NCBI GenBank assembly: GCA_043797085.1
Contig: JAZDQA010000001.1
Location: 129,004 to 193,003, forward strand
Reading direction: 5' to 3'
Length of the DNA: 64,000 nucleotides
DNA from: Pseudomonadota bacterium
GTDB lineage: Bacteria > Campylobacterota > Campylobacteria > Campylobacterales > Sulfurimonadaceae
Numbering within the stretch: position 1 is the stretch's first letter; every line of letters starts with the position of its first letter. Position numbers and translations under genes: made by a program. The notes under the pieces were generated by a model that saw only the letters and a program-made list of their open reading frames with translations, had not been told where the DNA came from and made no database searches. Below are positions 10,536 through 21,647 of this stretch, piece after piece.

Positions 10536-11961
10536 TGTTGTTATCATCGGTGCGGGTGTTGCAGGACTCTACGCTGCCATTGGACTTCCAAAACATTTAA
10601 AAGTTCTCGTAATCAGCAAATCGCATCCGTGGGAGTGCAATACCTACTATGCCCAAGGGGGAGTGACGACTGCGTATGATGATACGGATATACCGCTTCA
10701 TGTCTCAGATACCCTTGAAGCAGGTGCGGGAATGTGCAACCGTGATGCGGTACAGTTTATGAGTGAGCAATCTCAAAAAGTGATACATGATTTGATGCAG
10801 CGGGGATTTTTATTTGATACCGACGCGCAGGGGAATCTTCTCTATACCCAAGAAGCTGCCCATTCACGTAATCGTATTTTACATGCAGGCGGGGATGCTA
10901 CGGGACGTTATTTGCATCTGTTTTTACTACAGCAAAATCCTCATCCGATGCTCTCAAATGCAACGGTAACGGATTTGTTGATGGAAGACGATAAATGCTG
11001 CGGTGTGGAAGTATTCAGTGAGGGAAACAGAAAGCTCATTTATGCCAACAATGTCATTATCGCCAGTGGCGGGGTTGGATCGTTGTATGAGTACCATACG
11101 AATTCTCATGCAATCAGTGCAGACATCCATGGTATTTGTCTTGAAAAAGGGATTGCGTTAGAGTCTATGGAGATGATGCAGTTTCATCCGACCGTTTTTG
11201 TTTCAGGTTCGGGTGCTCGTAAGCTTTTATTAACCGAAGCATTACGAGGTGAAGGTGCATGGATTGTAGATGAAAACGGATATCGCTTTTTGTTCGAATA
11301 CGATGAGCGAGGTGAAATGGCACCGCGAGACATTGTGAGTCGGGCAATTTTTGATTACAAACAGAGAACTGCCAGCCAAGTCTATATCTCATGCGCCCAT
11401 TTTGACAAAGAATATTTCCAAGGACGTTTCCCGAATATCTACAAAGCATTGCGGGATTTGGGGTATAACCTCCCCTTAGAGCGTGTTCCTATTTCTCCGG
11501 CGTTTCATTATGCTATCGGAGGAATTAAGAGCGATTTAGAGGGGCGTGTCCCCAATACCAAAGGGTTGTATGTTATCGGTGAAGCGGCATGTACCGGAGT
11601 TCATGGGGCAAATCGTCTTGCAAGTAATTCGCTTCTTGAAGGACTTGTATTTGGTAAACGTGTATCGGAAACGATCGTTGCTTCACCGGCGACACCATGT
11701 CTTGGAAAGTTTAGCCTTTCTGCTGTCCCCTTGGAGATGGAAGAGGATAAAGAGAAAAAAGACAGACTTCGTCGCATTATGTGGGATAAAGTCTCTATTG
11801 TTCGGACGCAAGAGGGATTGAATGAGGCGTTGCGCGTCATTGATGAGATGTTGAGTTCGCAAGTCGGGCGATTGTTGAAATTACGACTGCTTAGTGCGCG
11901 TGCTATTGTTCAATCGGCATTGAAACGGACGGAATCAATCGGGGTGCACTATATTGCTTAA
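10525..11961 (+). CDS. nadB: L-aspartate oxidase
   Basis: GAGVAG FAD motif, AQGG, EAAHSRNRILH, QFHPT, GVHGANRLASNSLLE; TTG start after AAGGA. Confidence 0.93.
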   Translation: MRYDVVIIGAGVAGLYAAIGLPKHLKVLVISKSHPWECNTYYAQGGVTTAYDDTDIPLHVSDTLEAGAGMCNRDAVQFMSEQSQKVIHDLMQRGFLFDTDAQGNLLYTQEAAHSRNRILHAGGDATGRYLHLFLLQQNPHPMLSNATVTDLLMEDDKCCGVEVFSEGNRKLIYANNVIIASGGVGSLYEYHTNSHAISADIHGICLEKGIALESMEMMQFHPTVFVSGSGARKLLLTEALRGEGAWIVDENGYRFLFEYDERGEMAPRDIVSRAIFDYKQRTASQVYISCAHFDKEYFQGRFPNIYKALRDLGYNLPLERVPISPAFHYAIGGIKSDLEGRVPNTKGLYVIGEAACTGVHGANRLASNSLLEGLVFGKRVSETIVASPATPCLGKFSLSAVPLEMEEDKEKKDRLRRIMWDKVSIVRTQEGLNEALRVIDEMLSSQVGRLLKLRLLSARAIVQSALKRTESIGVHYIA

Positions 11962-11973
11962 GGGATTAAAAAA

Positions 11974-13299
11974 ATGACAACTACCATTGCGCAGCACGGG
12001 GTCGATTTAGCGGTTCATCCGTTTGGATGGCTTTTACTGGCGATTTTCATCATAGGATATTATTTTATCGCGACGGAAGATAAATATCATCTTGATAAAG
12101 CGAAGCCCGCTTTGTTTATCGGGACGTTTATGTTTATACTTATCGGAGGATTTTATGCGTTTAACGGTTTGAATTTTCAGCCGTTTGAAACAGAAATTTC
12201 TCATCTGATTTTAGAGATTGCTGAGATATTCTTTTTCTTATTTGTTGCGATGACTTTTATCGAGGCATTGATCGAGCGAGGGGTATTTGATGCTCTCAAA
12301 TCGAAGCTGATTGCCAAAGGGTACAGTTATCGAGAGATTTTTTGGATTACGGGAGTTTTGGCATTTTTCATCTCTCCCATAGCAGACAATCTTACTACTG
12401 CACTTATCCTCTCGACGGTGTTGTTGACGATTGAAAAAAAGAACAAAGCTTTTTTGGTTCCCAGTGCCATCAACGTCGTTGTCGCAGCCAACGCGGGAGG
12501 GGCTTGGAGCCCGTTTGGAGACATTACAACCTTGATGGTATGGACGGCAGAAAAAGGGATTTTTACCGATTTCCTCTATCTCTTTCCGGCGGCATTTATG
12601 GGATGGTTAATAACCGCATATCTCCTTAGCCATTACGTCCCTGATTTGGATCCGTTTAAAGACGGAGATCCTGAAACGGCTGAGAAGATAGAGATTCTTA
12701 AAGGGGGGAAAGTGATTATCGCTTTGGGAGCTGCGACGATTGCTTTGGCTGTTATTTGCAAGCAGGTGATGCACTTGCCCCCGATGTGGGGGATGCTATT
12801 TGGACTCTCGCTTTTGCAACTGTACATGTATGCACTCAAAAAAAAGCATAACCAAGATGTTGACATCTTTCGCGCTATGAGTAAAATAGAGAACAATACA
12901 TTGCTCTTTTTCTTCGGTATTTTAGCGGCGGTCGGGGCTCTTCATTTTGCCGGATTTTTAGGACATGCGGCGAAGCTGTACGAACTTTTTGATCCGACGA
13001 TCGTCAATATCGGTATTGGATTCCTCTCTGCTATCGTGGATAACGTTCCGGTAATGTCGGCAGTGCTCAAAGCCAATCCCTCTATCGATCATGCCCAATG
13101 GATGCTGGTTACGATGACGGCGGGTATCGGCGGATCGCTGATCAGCTTCGGAAGTGCGGCAGGTGTTGGCGTGATGGGAAAAATGCACGGGATTTACACG
13201 TTTGCTTCGCATATTAAGCTTGCATGGACGGTGTTGGTAGGCTACATTGTCTCGGTCGCAGTGTGGTATTTCCAATTTTTGATTTTAGGATGGTATTAA
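11974..13299 (+). CDS. nhaD: Na+/H+ antiporter NhaD family (copy 1)
   Basis: ISPIADNLTT, ANAGGAWSPFGDITT, SAIVDNVP, GSAAGV motifs. Confidence 0.9.
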   Translation: MTTTIAQHGVDLAVHPFGWLLLAIFIIGYYFIATEDKYHLDKAKPALFIGTFMFILIGGFYAFNGLNFQPFETEISHLILEIAEIFFFLFVAMTFIEALIERGVFDALKSKLIAKGYSYREIFWITGVLAFFISPIADNLTTALILSTVLLTIEKKNKAFLVPSAINVVVAANAGGAWSPFGDITTLMVWTAEKGIFTDFLYLFPAAFMGWLITAYLLSHYVPDLDPFKDGDPETAEKIEILKGGKVIIALGAATIALAVICKQVMHLPPMWGMLFGLSLLQLYMYALKKKHNQDVDIFRAMSKIENNTLLFFFGILAAVGALHFAGFLGHAAKLYELFDPTIVNIGIGFLSAIVDNVPVMSAVLKANPSIDHAQWMLVTMTAGIGGSLISFGSAAGVGVMGKMHGIYTFASHIKLAWTVLVGYIVSVAVWYFQFLILGWY

Positions 13300-13330
13300 A
13301 GAAATCCGCTAGGTGCGTAAGGTCAGTTAT

Positions 13331-13339
13331 TGCTATAAT
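13331..13339 (+). promoter_or_regulatory. Extended -10 promoter (TGCTATAAT)
   Basis: Consensus match about 34 nt upstream of the DUF481 gene. Confidence 0.55.
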
Positions 13340-13372
13340 TGCATTCTTAACAATTAAAAATAAAGGGAATCC

Positions 13373-14125
13373 TTGCACTTTTTTCTCCTCCTTACGCTCT
13401 TTTTTTCATCGTCACTTTTTGCACTTATCAGTATTGCACCCGTAGACATAGGCTCCAAAAGGGGCTTCAGCGGCAATCTTTCAGGATCGCTGGGCTCTAA
13501 AAGCGGTAATACCAATAAAGATGACTACTCTCTGGGCTTGCGATTGCAGTATGATGAAGGAGAGGATTACCTGACTTGGGGGACGCTTACTTATAATTAT
13601 GGCGAATCTGAGGGGATAAAAAATGAAGATAGAACGTATGCTCACTTACGTGCTATTCACGCTTTGTATGAAAAAGATTGGTGTGGTGAACTCTTTATTC
13701 AATCTGAACAAGATGAGTTTAAAGACATCAACGAACGCTCTCTTGTCGGTGCAAATGTCCGATGGCGCTTTTTTAACTCCGAAAATTTAGTCAAAGGATA
13801 CGCCGGATTAGGTGTGTTGGCTGAAAAGATCGACTATTCTCATCCCCTTGTCAATCCTCACGAAAATAATACTCGACTCAACAGTTATATTGCCTATACT
13901 AAAACTTTTATGGCAACATCAAAGCTTAGTTATGTTGGCTACTATCAGCCTAAATTGAGTGATAATTCGGATTATATCACGGCGCATGATTTGGAATTGA
14001 TCGTGCCGATTTATGAAAAACTCTATTTAAGTGTGAGTGCTAAATACACTTATGACAGCCACCCGCCTCTTGGGATTGAAAAACAAGATACCATGTATAA
14101 GAGTGCTCTTTCGTGGGAGTTTTGA
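13373..14125 (+). CDS. DUF481 family outer-membrane beta-barrel protein
   Basis: Signal peptide, KSGNT motif, amphipathic strands, C-terminal W-E-F. Confidence 0.75.
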   Translation: MHFFLLLTLFFSSSLFALISIAPVDIGSKRGFSGNLSGSLGSKSGNTNKDDYSLGLRLQYDEGEDYLTWGTLTYNYGESEGIKNEDRTYAHLRAIHALYEKDWCGELFIQSEQDEFKDINERSLVGANVRWRFFNSENLVKGYAGLGVLAEKIDYSHPLVNPHENNTRLNSYIAYTKTFMATSKLSYVGYYQPKLSDNSDYITAHDLELIVPIYEKLYLSVSAKYTYDSHPPLGIEKQDTMYKSALSWEF

Positions 14126-14163
14126 TCATCCAGAGGAGGAATTGAATAACATTTTAGAGAGTA

Positions 14164-14553
14164 TCATTGCAAAAGAACTCTGCATACTTTGATGACTTCC
14201 AGAGAAAGGACGAGTATCCAAACAAAAATAGTGATTCCCGCTGCGGCAGCAGAAATATCTTTAATGATGCGAATTTTTTCATTAGACTTGGTTTCCATGA
14301 AGTCGCAAACCGCTTCAATCGCAGTGTTGAATACTTCTGCTGAAAGCATAACTCCTGTCGCGAGTATAATTAAGGAAGCGTCAACCCATGCATTAAAAAT
14401 AAAAACCGGGATGAGGATGAGAACCGATATAACGATTTTATACATAACACTAAAATCGTACAGTACCGCAAAACGTAACCCTGAAAGGATGATTTTAAAT
14501 TTTTGAAAAGGGTGATATCCATGCTCACCTGTGTCTAAAAATTTATTTTTCAT
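14164..14553 (-). CDS. Diacylglycerol/undecaprenol kinase (DgkA family)
   Basis: AEVFNTAIEAVCD...KDISAAA motif; three TM helices. Confidence 0.85.
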   Translation of the reverse strand: MKNKFLDTGEHGYHPFQKFKIILSGLRFAVLYDFSVMYKIVISVLILIPVFIFNAWVDASLIILATGVMLSAEVFNTAIEAVCDFMETKSNEKIRIIKDISAAAAGITIFVWILVLSLEVIKVCRVLLQ

Positions 14554-15191
14554 GTGAATACTCCTGATTTTACTACCAATATAGCAATACAGCTCCAACT
14601 AATCGCAATGAGACTACCGGCAAGGACATCCGTTGGGAAATGCACTTGCAAATACATGCGAGAGAGAGCAACTCCCAAGGCTATGAAGACCAATATTCCG
14701 CTTAACACCGTGCCAAACAGCGAAGGACCGTTATAAACAATAAGCCAGAGTAGAAGGGTAAATACCACGATTTGAGCGGTGTGGGCACTGGGAAAGGAGG
14801 GGTCGATCGGCAATTCGTTGAGAGAAGGAAAAAAATGAGGCCGTTTTCGTTCGAATTCATATTTGAGTGCATAGGTTGTCAGAACCGTCCCCCAAAATCC
14901 GATTCCTAAGAGTTTTTCAAAGTTTTCAAAATAGCCTGAAAGAAACAGTGTCAGGATAATATAAAGCGGTAATAAGACCCACAAAGAACCCAGCCATGTA
15001 ATACTCGAAAAGAAGTGATCCAGTATCGGATGTTTGATTTTATGAAACCAGTTTAGCACGGCATGATCGAATTGTACCAGATGACCGTTGCGCATCAAAA
15101 AAGTCAAAGCGACAAAGGCACTTATCGAAACAAGAAGAATTACGGTGAACAGCCATCGCTCATCCGGAGTAATTTTTTCATTAAATTGCAT
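14550..15191 (-). CDS. PAP2 family phosphatase (possible undecaprenyl-PP phosphatase)
   Basis: K...RKRP, SFPSAH, SRMYLQVHFPTD catalytic motifs. Confidence 0.9.
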   Translation of the reverse strand: MQFNEKITPDERWLFTVILLVSISAFVALTFLMRNGHLVQFDHAVLNWFHKIKHPILDHFFSSITWLGSLWVLLPLYIILTLFLSGYFENFEKLLGIGFWGTVLTTYALKYEFERKRPHFFPSLNELPIDPSFPSAHTAQIVVFTLLLWLIVYNGPSLFGTVLSGILVFIALGVALSRMYLQVHFPTDVLAGSLIAISWSCIAILVVKSGVFT

Positions 15192-15475
15192 TTTATCACC
15201 TTCATTCCATAAGATTAATTCACGATTAGTTTAACATTATTTGATTTTGTTCACTTTTTTAATTCAATCAGAAGGTGATTTTTAAAATTTCGTATAAACA
15301 TTTTAGCGTCTCTTTGAATAATAGAGCTTATGAATTAGAGAGATATACGCATTTTTATAGAGGCGAATAGGGGTGAAATTTGGTACATTTACTCTTTTCC
15401 ACTATAGTGTAAACGTTTAGTTAACCATATATTGTTCAATATTCAGAGCATAAAATTGATAAAAAGGATAAAGTT

Positions 15476-16801
15476 ATGACTACACCAGTAGCGTTAGACG
15501 GCATTGATTTGTCAACGCATCCCTTCGGGTGGATGCTTCTTGCGATTTTTGTTATCGGGTATTATTTTATTGCCAGAGAAGACAAATACCATCTTGATAA
15601 ATCGAAACCGGCCCTATTTATCGGAACGTTTATGTTTATCCTCATTGGAGGATTTTATGCGTTTTATGATCTAAATTTTATCCCGTTTAAAAGAGAAATT
15701 ACCCATTTAGTTTATGAAATAGCTGAAATATTCTTTTTCTTATTTGTTGCCATGACGTTTGTCGAAGCGCTTATCGAGAGAGGAGTCTTTAATGCGCTCA
15801 AAGGTAAGCTGATTGCCAAAGGTTACAGCTATCGACAACTCTTTTGGATTACCGGATTTTTAGCGTTTTTTATCTCACCAATCGCTGACAATCTGACAAC
15901 AGCCCTTATTCTTTCCACCGTTTTAGTGACGATTGAGCAAAAAAACAAAACTTTTTTAGTTCCCAGTGCAATCAACGTGGTCGTTGCTGCGAATGCGGGT
16001 GGTGCTTGGAGTCCGTTTGGGGATATTACAACTCTCATGGCATGGACAGCTCAAAAAGGGCAATTTGCTGATTTTCTTTATCTTTTTCCGGCTGCATTTA
16101 TCGGATGGATGGTTACGGCTTATCTGCTCGTGCACTATGTTCCTGATTTAGATCCGAATAAAGAGGGTGATCCAGAGGTTGCTGAAAAAATTAAGATTCT
16201 CAAAGGCGGAAAAGTTATTATCGCTATTGGAATTGCGACTATTGCTATGTCGGTTGTCGCAAAACAGGTAATGCAGTTGCCACCAATGTGGGGAATGCTT
16301 TTTGGACTCTCTGTCTTGCAGTTATACACGTATCGATTGAAGCGGCGACACAAGCAGGATGTCAATATTTTTAAATCCATCAGTAAAGTTGAAAACAATA
16401 CCCTTCTTTTCTTTTTTGGTATTTTAGCGGCGGTAGGAGCTTTGTATTTTGCTGGATTTTTAGGATATATCACACAATTATATGATACATACAATCCGAT
16501 TTATGTCAATATTGGAATCGGATTCATATCGGCGATTGTTGATAATGTTCCGGTTATGTCTGCTGTCTTAAAATCAAATCCGCCTATCGATCATGCCCAA
16601 TGGATGCTGGTGACGTTAACCGCAGGTGTCGGAGGCTCTCTTATCAGTTTTGGGAGTGCAGCAGGTGTTGGCGTGATGGGTAAAATGCATGGTATCTATA
16701 CGTTTTCTTCGCACATGAAATTGGCGTGGACGGTGTTGGTGGGGTATATCGTTTCTATTAGTGTATGGTATCTCCAATTTATGGTTTTGGAAATGTATTA
16801 A
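15476..16801 (+). CDS. nhaD: Na+/H+ antiporter NhaD family (copy 2)
   Basis: Same length (441 aa) and motifs as copy 1, colinear throughout. Confidence 0.9.
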   Translation: MTTPVALDGIDLSTHPFGWMLLAIFVIGYYFIAREDKYHLDKSKPALFIGTFMFILIGGFYAFYDLNFIPFKREITHLVYEIAEIFFFLFVAMTFVEALIERGVFNALKGKLIAKGYSYRQLFWITGFLAFFISPIADNLTTALILSTVLVTIEQKNKTFLVPSAINVVVAANAGGAWSPFGDITTLMAWTAQKGQFADFLYLFPAAFIGWMVTAYLLVHYVPDLDPNKEGDPEVAEKIKILKGGKVIIAIGIATIAMSVVAKQVMQLPPMWGMLFGLSVLQLYTYRLKRRHKQDVNIFKSISKVENNTLLFFFGILAAVGALYFAGFLGYITQLYDTYNPIYVNIGIGFISAIVDNVPVMSAVLKSNPPIDHAQWMLVTLTAGVGGSLISFGSAAGVGVMGKMHGIYTFSSHMKLAWTVLVGYIVSISVWYLQFMVLEMY

Positions 16802-16829
16802 AAAGAAAATTAATTTTTAGAGGAAAATA

Positions 16830-17597
16830 ATGAAACGTATCGTAATCAAAGTAGGCACTGCTGTCTTGACTGAAAATAACAACATTGCCAAAGAGCGGAT
16901 GATGAATTTGGTGACATTAATTGCAAATCTAAAAAAAATATTCGACGTCATATTGGTAACCTCAGGTGCGGTAGCTGCAGGGTATTCGGCACTAAAACTT
17001 GATAAAAGCATGCAAATAGGGAGAAAAGCATTGGCAGCAGCAGGTCAGCCTATTTTGATGTCAAGCTATAAGCGTAAGTTTGGTATTTATGATATTGATA
17101 CAGCGCAGATTCTCCTGACAGAAGATGATTTCGATTCACGAAAGCGCACTATTATGTTTCAAGAGATCATTAATACGCATTTAAACTATGATATTTTGCC
17201 TATTATCAATGAAAATGATATTACCTCTACCCCGGAGCAATCCTTTGGGGATAACGATCAGTTATCTGCTCATGTTGCTTATGCAACTAATGCCGATTTG
17301 TTAGTCATCCTTAGTGATATTGACGGGTACTATGATAAAAATCCAAGAGAATTTGTGGATGCAAAAATTATAAAAGAGATCACAGAAATCCCAGAAGAAG
17401 CTTTAGCGGATGATTCATCAGCAAACAATGCATTTGCAACAGGTGGGATTGTTACCAAACTCAAAGCCGCTGATTTTTTGATGAAACGAGGCAAGAAAAT
17501 GTTTTTGTGCAATGGATTTGATCTAAGTGCTGCAGAAACCTATTTATTTAGAGGTGAGCATACATTAGGGACAGTATTCAAACCAAAAAATAAATAA
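16830..17597 (+). CDS. proB: Glutamate 5-kinase
   Basis: RIVIKVGT, VTSGAV, INEND, FGDNDQLSA, TGGIVTK. Confidence 0.95.
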   Translation: MKRIVIKVGTAVLTENNNIAKERMMNLVTLIANLKKIFDVILVTSGAVAAGYSALKLDKSMQIGRKALAAAGQPILMSSYKRKFGIYDIDTAQILLTEDDFDSRKRTIMFQEIINTHLNYDILPIINENDITSTPEQSFGDNDQLSAHVAYATNADLLVILSDIDGYYDKNPREFVDAKIIKEITEIPEEALADDSSANNAFATGGIVTKLKAADFLMKRGKKMFLCNGFDLSAAETYLFRGEHTLGTVFKPKNK

Positions 17598-17816
17598 CAT
17601 TTATCTCATACTGCATAAAGAGGAATGACTTTTCAGCGTGTGTCATTATGGAAGCGTGTTTTACGAATGATGCAAGGATTATAAATATATAAAGAGAAAT
17701 AGAGGGACAGTTAAAGTAAGTACCCATATCCAAAATTAAACTACGATTAGGTATCATTTCATCCATACACAGGGTTTTTATTTCCCTTCAAAACATCTCT
17801 GTCCAAAGGCTCACCC

Positions 17817-19361
17817 GTGAAAGATGTCAACATAATCGTTCTTGATTTCGGTTCCCAATACACTCAGCTCATTGCTCGTCGTTTACGCGAAGATAAAGTT
17901 TACTGTGAAGTGCTCCCGTACCACACTAAAATTGACGCGATTAAAGCAAAAAATCCGCAAGGGATTATCCTCAGTGGCGGTCCTTCATCGGTCTATAATA
18001 AAGATGCGTATGAGGTAGATCAAGGGGTGTACGCTTTAGGTATTCCCGTTCTTGGTATTTGTTACGGTATGCAGCGTATTGCTGTCGACTTTGGCGGTTC
18101 AGTAATCCGAAGTGATCATCATGAATACGGTAAAGCTGAGCTTACGATCGATATGACACAACAGTCACCTTTGTTCGCACATTGTGAAGATGAGCGTGCT
18201 GTATGGATGAGCCATTCGGATAAAGTGGATGTTCTCCCTGAAGGCTTTGTTCCTATCGCCTATTCACCAAATTCTCCGTATGCAGCTATCGCTGATGAAG
18301 CGCGACAAGTATATGCAATGCAGTATCATCCTGAAGTGAACCACTCTGAAGAAGGGTATTTGATGCTCCGCAACTTTGCCCGTACCATTTGTGGTATTAC
18401 GGACAAATGGGATATGGGTCATTTCCTCAAAGAACAAATTGTCAAAATTCGTGCTCAAGTGGGTGAGGGGAAAGTCCTTTGTGCTCTTAGCGGCGGTGTT
18501 GATTCCTCTGTTGTTGCGGCACTTTTGTACGAAGCAATCGGTAATCAGTTGATTCCTGTATTTGTTGATAATGGTCTTTTGCGTAAAGGTGAACGTGAAT
18601 CAGTCGAAAACATCTTTAAAGTTCACCTCAAAGTTCCTCTCGTCGTTGCTGATGCATCAGAGAATTTTTTGGGCAAGCTCGTAGGGGTTACTGATCCTGA
18701 GACGAAGCGTAAAATCATCGGGCATACGTTTATCGAAGTGTTTGAGCAAGAAGCGAAAAAACACGATGGCATCAAATTCTTGGCACAGGGTACATTGTAT
18801 CCGGACGTTATCGAATCGGTTTCTGTCAATGGTCCATCTGTGACTATTAAATCGCATCACAACGTCGGCGGTCTTCCTGATTGGATGGATTTTGAGCTTA
18901 TTGAGCCATTACGTGATTTGTTCAAAGATGAAGTCCGTAAACTCGGGCTTGAGCTTGGACTTCCTGATTATTTGGTTAATCGCCATCCGTTCCCAGGACC
19001 TGGTTTGGGGATTCGCATCATGGGTGAAGTCAACAAAGACGATTTGTATATCCTTCGCGAAGCCGATGCGATTTTACTGGAAGAGCTAAAAGCAAGCGGA
19101 TATTACAGCAAAACATGGCAGGCATTTGCAGTACTGCTTAATGTCAAAAGTGTTGGAGTTATGGGGGATAACCGTACGTATGATAACACCGTCTGTGTTC
19201 GTGTCGTCGAAGCCGTCGATGGTATGACAGCCACTTTCGCTCATCTTCCACACACACTGTTAGAACGTATCAGCCGTCGTATTATCAATGAAGTCAATGG
19301 CATCAATCGTGTTGTTTATGACATCAGTTCCAAGCCTCCTGCTACAATCGAGTGGGAATAA
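17817..19361 (+). CDS. guaA: GMP synthase (glutamine-hydrolysing)
   Basis: [37 protein letters not shown]. Confidence 0.98.
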   Translation: MKDVNIIVLDFGSQYTQLIARRLREDKVYCEVLPYHTKIDAIKAKNPQGIILSGGPSSVYNKDAYEVDQGVYALGIPVLGICYGMQRIAVDFGGSVIRSDHHEYGKAELTIDMTQQSPLFAHCEDERAVWMSHSDKVDVLPEGFVPIAYSPNSPYAAIADEARQVYAMQYHPEVNHSEEGYLMLRNFARTICGITDKWDMGHFLKEQIVKIRAQVGEGKVLCALSGGVDSSVVAALLYEAIGNQLIPVFVDNGLLRKGERESVENIFKVHLKVPLVVADASENFLGKLVGVTDPETKRKIIGHTFIEVFEQEAKKHDGIKFLAQGTLYPDVIESVSVNGPSVTIKSHHNVGGLPDWMDFELIEPLRDLFKDEVRKLGLELGLPDYLVNRHPFPGPGLGIRIMGEVNKDDLYILREADAILLEELKASGYYSKTWQAFAVLLNVKSVGVMGDNRTYDNTVCVRVVEAVDGMTATFAHLPHTLLERISRRIINEVNGINRVVYDISSKPPATIEWE

Positions 19362-19372
19362 AGGGTACGCGT

Positions 19373-20020
19373 TTGCGCCCCATCTATCTCATCTCTAAAA
19401 CTTCATCCCATCAGAAGATGGGAGTCATTCATATTCCTATTCTCTCCATCCATTTTTTAACGCCTGATATTGATTTTAGTCTCTATGATGGGATTATTGT
19501 TACGTCTAAACAAGGGGCTCTTGCGCTTAATCATTATTCGGTAAATTGGGAAAAACTTCAGGTTGTCTGTGTAGGTGAATCAACGACAGAGGCGATGAAG
19601 CAGCTGGGTGCCGTTCATATTGAAAGTGCAGCTGGATATGGTGAAACTATTTTTAATGTGCTGCGACAATACAAAGGAAAATGGCTCTACTGTCGTCCTA
19701 AAATGATTGCGTCTTCATGGCCGCAACGTGCTCGTGAAGCTGGTTTGATTATCGATGAGGTGATTATCTATGAGACAACGTGCAATGAAGCCATGAAGCA
19801 GAAAGAGCTTGAGGATAATGGTGTGCTGATTTTTACCTCTCCATCGAGTATTGAATGTTTTCTGCAAAAATATCTTTTTAAACCTACGCACGACATTGTA
19901 GTTATTGGAAAAACGACACAAAATGCTTTGCCATTGGGGATTAAGTCAACTCTTAGTGAGACAACAAGCGTAGAATCCTGCGTAGAAAAAGCACGAGAAT
20001 TAAGCTTTTTGAGGTTATAA
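19373..20020 (+). CDS. hemD: Uroporphyrinogen-III synthase
   Basis: IVTSK, CVGEST, IYET, FTSPSS, IGKTT motifs; start codon uncertain. Confidence 0.85.
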   Translation: MRPIYLISKTSSHQKMGVIHIPILSIHFLTPDIDFSLYDGIIVTSKQGALALNHYSVNWEKLQVVCVGESTTEAMKQLGAVHIESAAGYGETIFNVLRQYKGKWLYCRPKMIASSWPQRAREAGLIIDEVIIYETTCNEAMKQKELEDNGVLIFTSPSSIECFLQKYLFKPTHDIVVIGKTTQNALPLGIKSTLSETTSVESCVEKARELSFLRL

Positions 20021-20027
20021 TTATTAA

Positions 20028-20217
20028 CTCTGGGCGCAGCGAGTAACCGCAATATGAGGGTTCTACATATACAACTAGTCACATCCGTAGACGTTTCGGT
20101 GTGTCGGTGGTCTTGTTTGAGCGTGTAAACGTGAGAGATTGCCGCCGGAAGAAATGCTCGATGTGGCGCAATTACAGCTTTGAAGAACCAAAGCTACTGC
20201 GAAACGCCCGCCTGGGC
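20028..20217 (+). ncRNA. ssrS: 6S RNA (overlaps the epsilonproteobacterial purD RNA motif)
   Basis: TATAAT at 20016-20021; 5' tctgggcg pairs with 3' cgcctggg to close a ~190-nt rod followed by a T-run; location upstream of purD matches the known 6S position in Helicobacter/Campylobacter. Confidence 0.75.
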
Positions 20218-20258
20218 TTTTACTTTTGATTTGTCGATAGAGGAACTTGTCCCTCCAT

Positions 20259-20304
20259 CTACGCTAGCCGCTTGGGCTACTGAAGCTGACTTCTAACGAA
20301 GCAG
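20259..20304 (+). repeat. Short dispersed intergenic repeat, copy A
   Basis: ctacgctagccgcttgggctactgaagct plus hairpin; aligns with the reverse complement of 45762-45806. Confidence 0.55.
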
Positions 20305-20378
20305 ATTTAAAATTTACTTTATTTAAAAATCCATTGGGGCTTTTAGATGAGAGAATCAACTATTTTTTGGGGCAATAT

Positions 20379-21647
20379 ATGAACATAATGATAATCGGCA
20401 GCGGCGGACGTGAATTTTCGATTGGACGGGTATTAAAACAAGACCCTGAGGTTGCCAATCTTTATTTTACTCCCGGTAATGGCGCAACCACAATGCTGGG
20501 TGAAAACGTTGCCATCAAAGATTATGAAGAATTGGCGCAATTTGCAGTGGATAATGCGATTGATTTAACCATCGTAGGTCCTGAAGGTCCATTGACCGAT
20601 GGAGTTGTCGATATTTTTAAAGCGCGCGGATTGGTCATTTTTGGTCCATCCAAAGCCGCTGCACAGCTTGAGGGTTCGAAAGTTTACATGAAAAACTTTT
20701 TGGCTAAATACAATATTCCAACCGCTCGTTATATCGAAACGGCTCATATCGGTGATGCATTTAAATTTATTGAGTCTCTTACGGCTCCTATCGTAGTTAA
20801 AGCCGATGGATTATGTGCAGGTAAGGGTGTCATTATTGCACAGAGTCACGATGAAGCCAAAGTAGCCGTGTCGGAAATGCTCAGTGGAAAATCATTCGGA
20901 GATGCAGGTTTGCGCGTCATTATCGAAGAATTTTTGGACGGCTATGAACTCTCCATGTTTGCACTTTGTGATGGAAAAGATTTTATTCTCCTCCCTGCCG
21001 CGCAAGATCATAAACGTCTTTTAGATGGCGATGAAGGTCCAAATACGGGTGGTATGGGTGCATATGCTCCGACACCGCTCGTCGATGAGATAATTTACGA
21101 AAAAGTTAAAGAACGGGTAATTCGTCCGACACTATTAGGAATGCAACAAGAGGGAGCACCTTTTGAAGGGGTTCTTTTTATCGGGATTATGGTGGTGAAC
21201 GGTGAGCCTATTACGCTCGAATTTAACGTTCGTTTCGGTGATCCGGAGTGCGAGATTTTGATGCCACTACTCAAAACTCCTGCTCGTGAACTGTTTTACA
21301 AAGCGGCAACCAAACAGCTGGATACGCTTAACGTCGAGTTTCACGATAAATATGCCGTCGGTGTAGTGATGGCAAGTAAAAACTATCCTTTTGACAACTC
21401 AGTTCCTGCTGAAATCGTGGTGGATGAGATTCATCATGATGAGATCGCTCAAAATACCCATATAGCCTACGCAGGTGTGAGCGAAGAAGATGGAAAACTC
21501 TATGCTAATGGCGGACGAGTGCTGGTGTGCGTCGGTGTGGGCGAGAGCATCAAGCAAGCACGTGATCGTGCCTATATGCTCTGCGGTCAAGTTCATTTTG
21601 CTGGTAAAAAACTTCGCACTGACATTGCATATCAAGCGTTGCGTTAA
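20379..21647 (+). CDS. purD: Phosphoribosylamine-glycine ligase
   Basis: [44 protein letters not shown]. Confidence 0.97.
   Translation: MNIMIIGSGGREFSIGRVLKQDPEVANLYFTPGNGATTMLGENVAIKDYEELAQFAVDNAIDLTIVGPEGPLTDGVVDIFKARGLVIFGPSKAAAQLEGSKVYMKNFLAKYNIPTARYIETAHIGDAFKFIESLTAPIVVKADGLCAGKGVIIAQSHDEAKVAVSEMLSGKSFGDAGLRVIIEEFLDGYELSMFALCDGKDFILLPAAQDHKRLLDGDEGPNTGGMGAYAPTPLVDEIIYEKVKERVIRPTLLGMQQEGAPFEGVLFIGIMVVNGEPITLEFNVRFGDPECEILMPLLKTPARELFYKAATKQLDTLNVEFHDKYAVGVVMASKNYPFDNSVPAEIVVDEIHHDEIAQNTHIAYAGVSEEDGKLYANGGRVLVCVGVGESIKQARDRAYMLCGQVHFAGKKLRTDIAYQALR

Noticed and set aside
20028..20217. Purine riboswitch upstream of purD
   Set aside because: The purD motif in this group is known to correspond to 6S RNA; the closing stem and own -10 box fit an independent RNA
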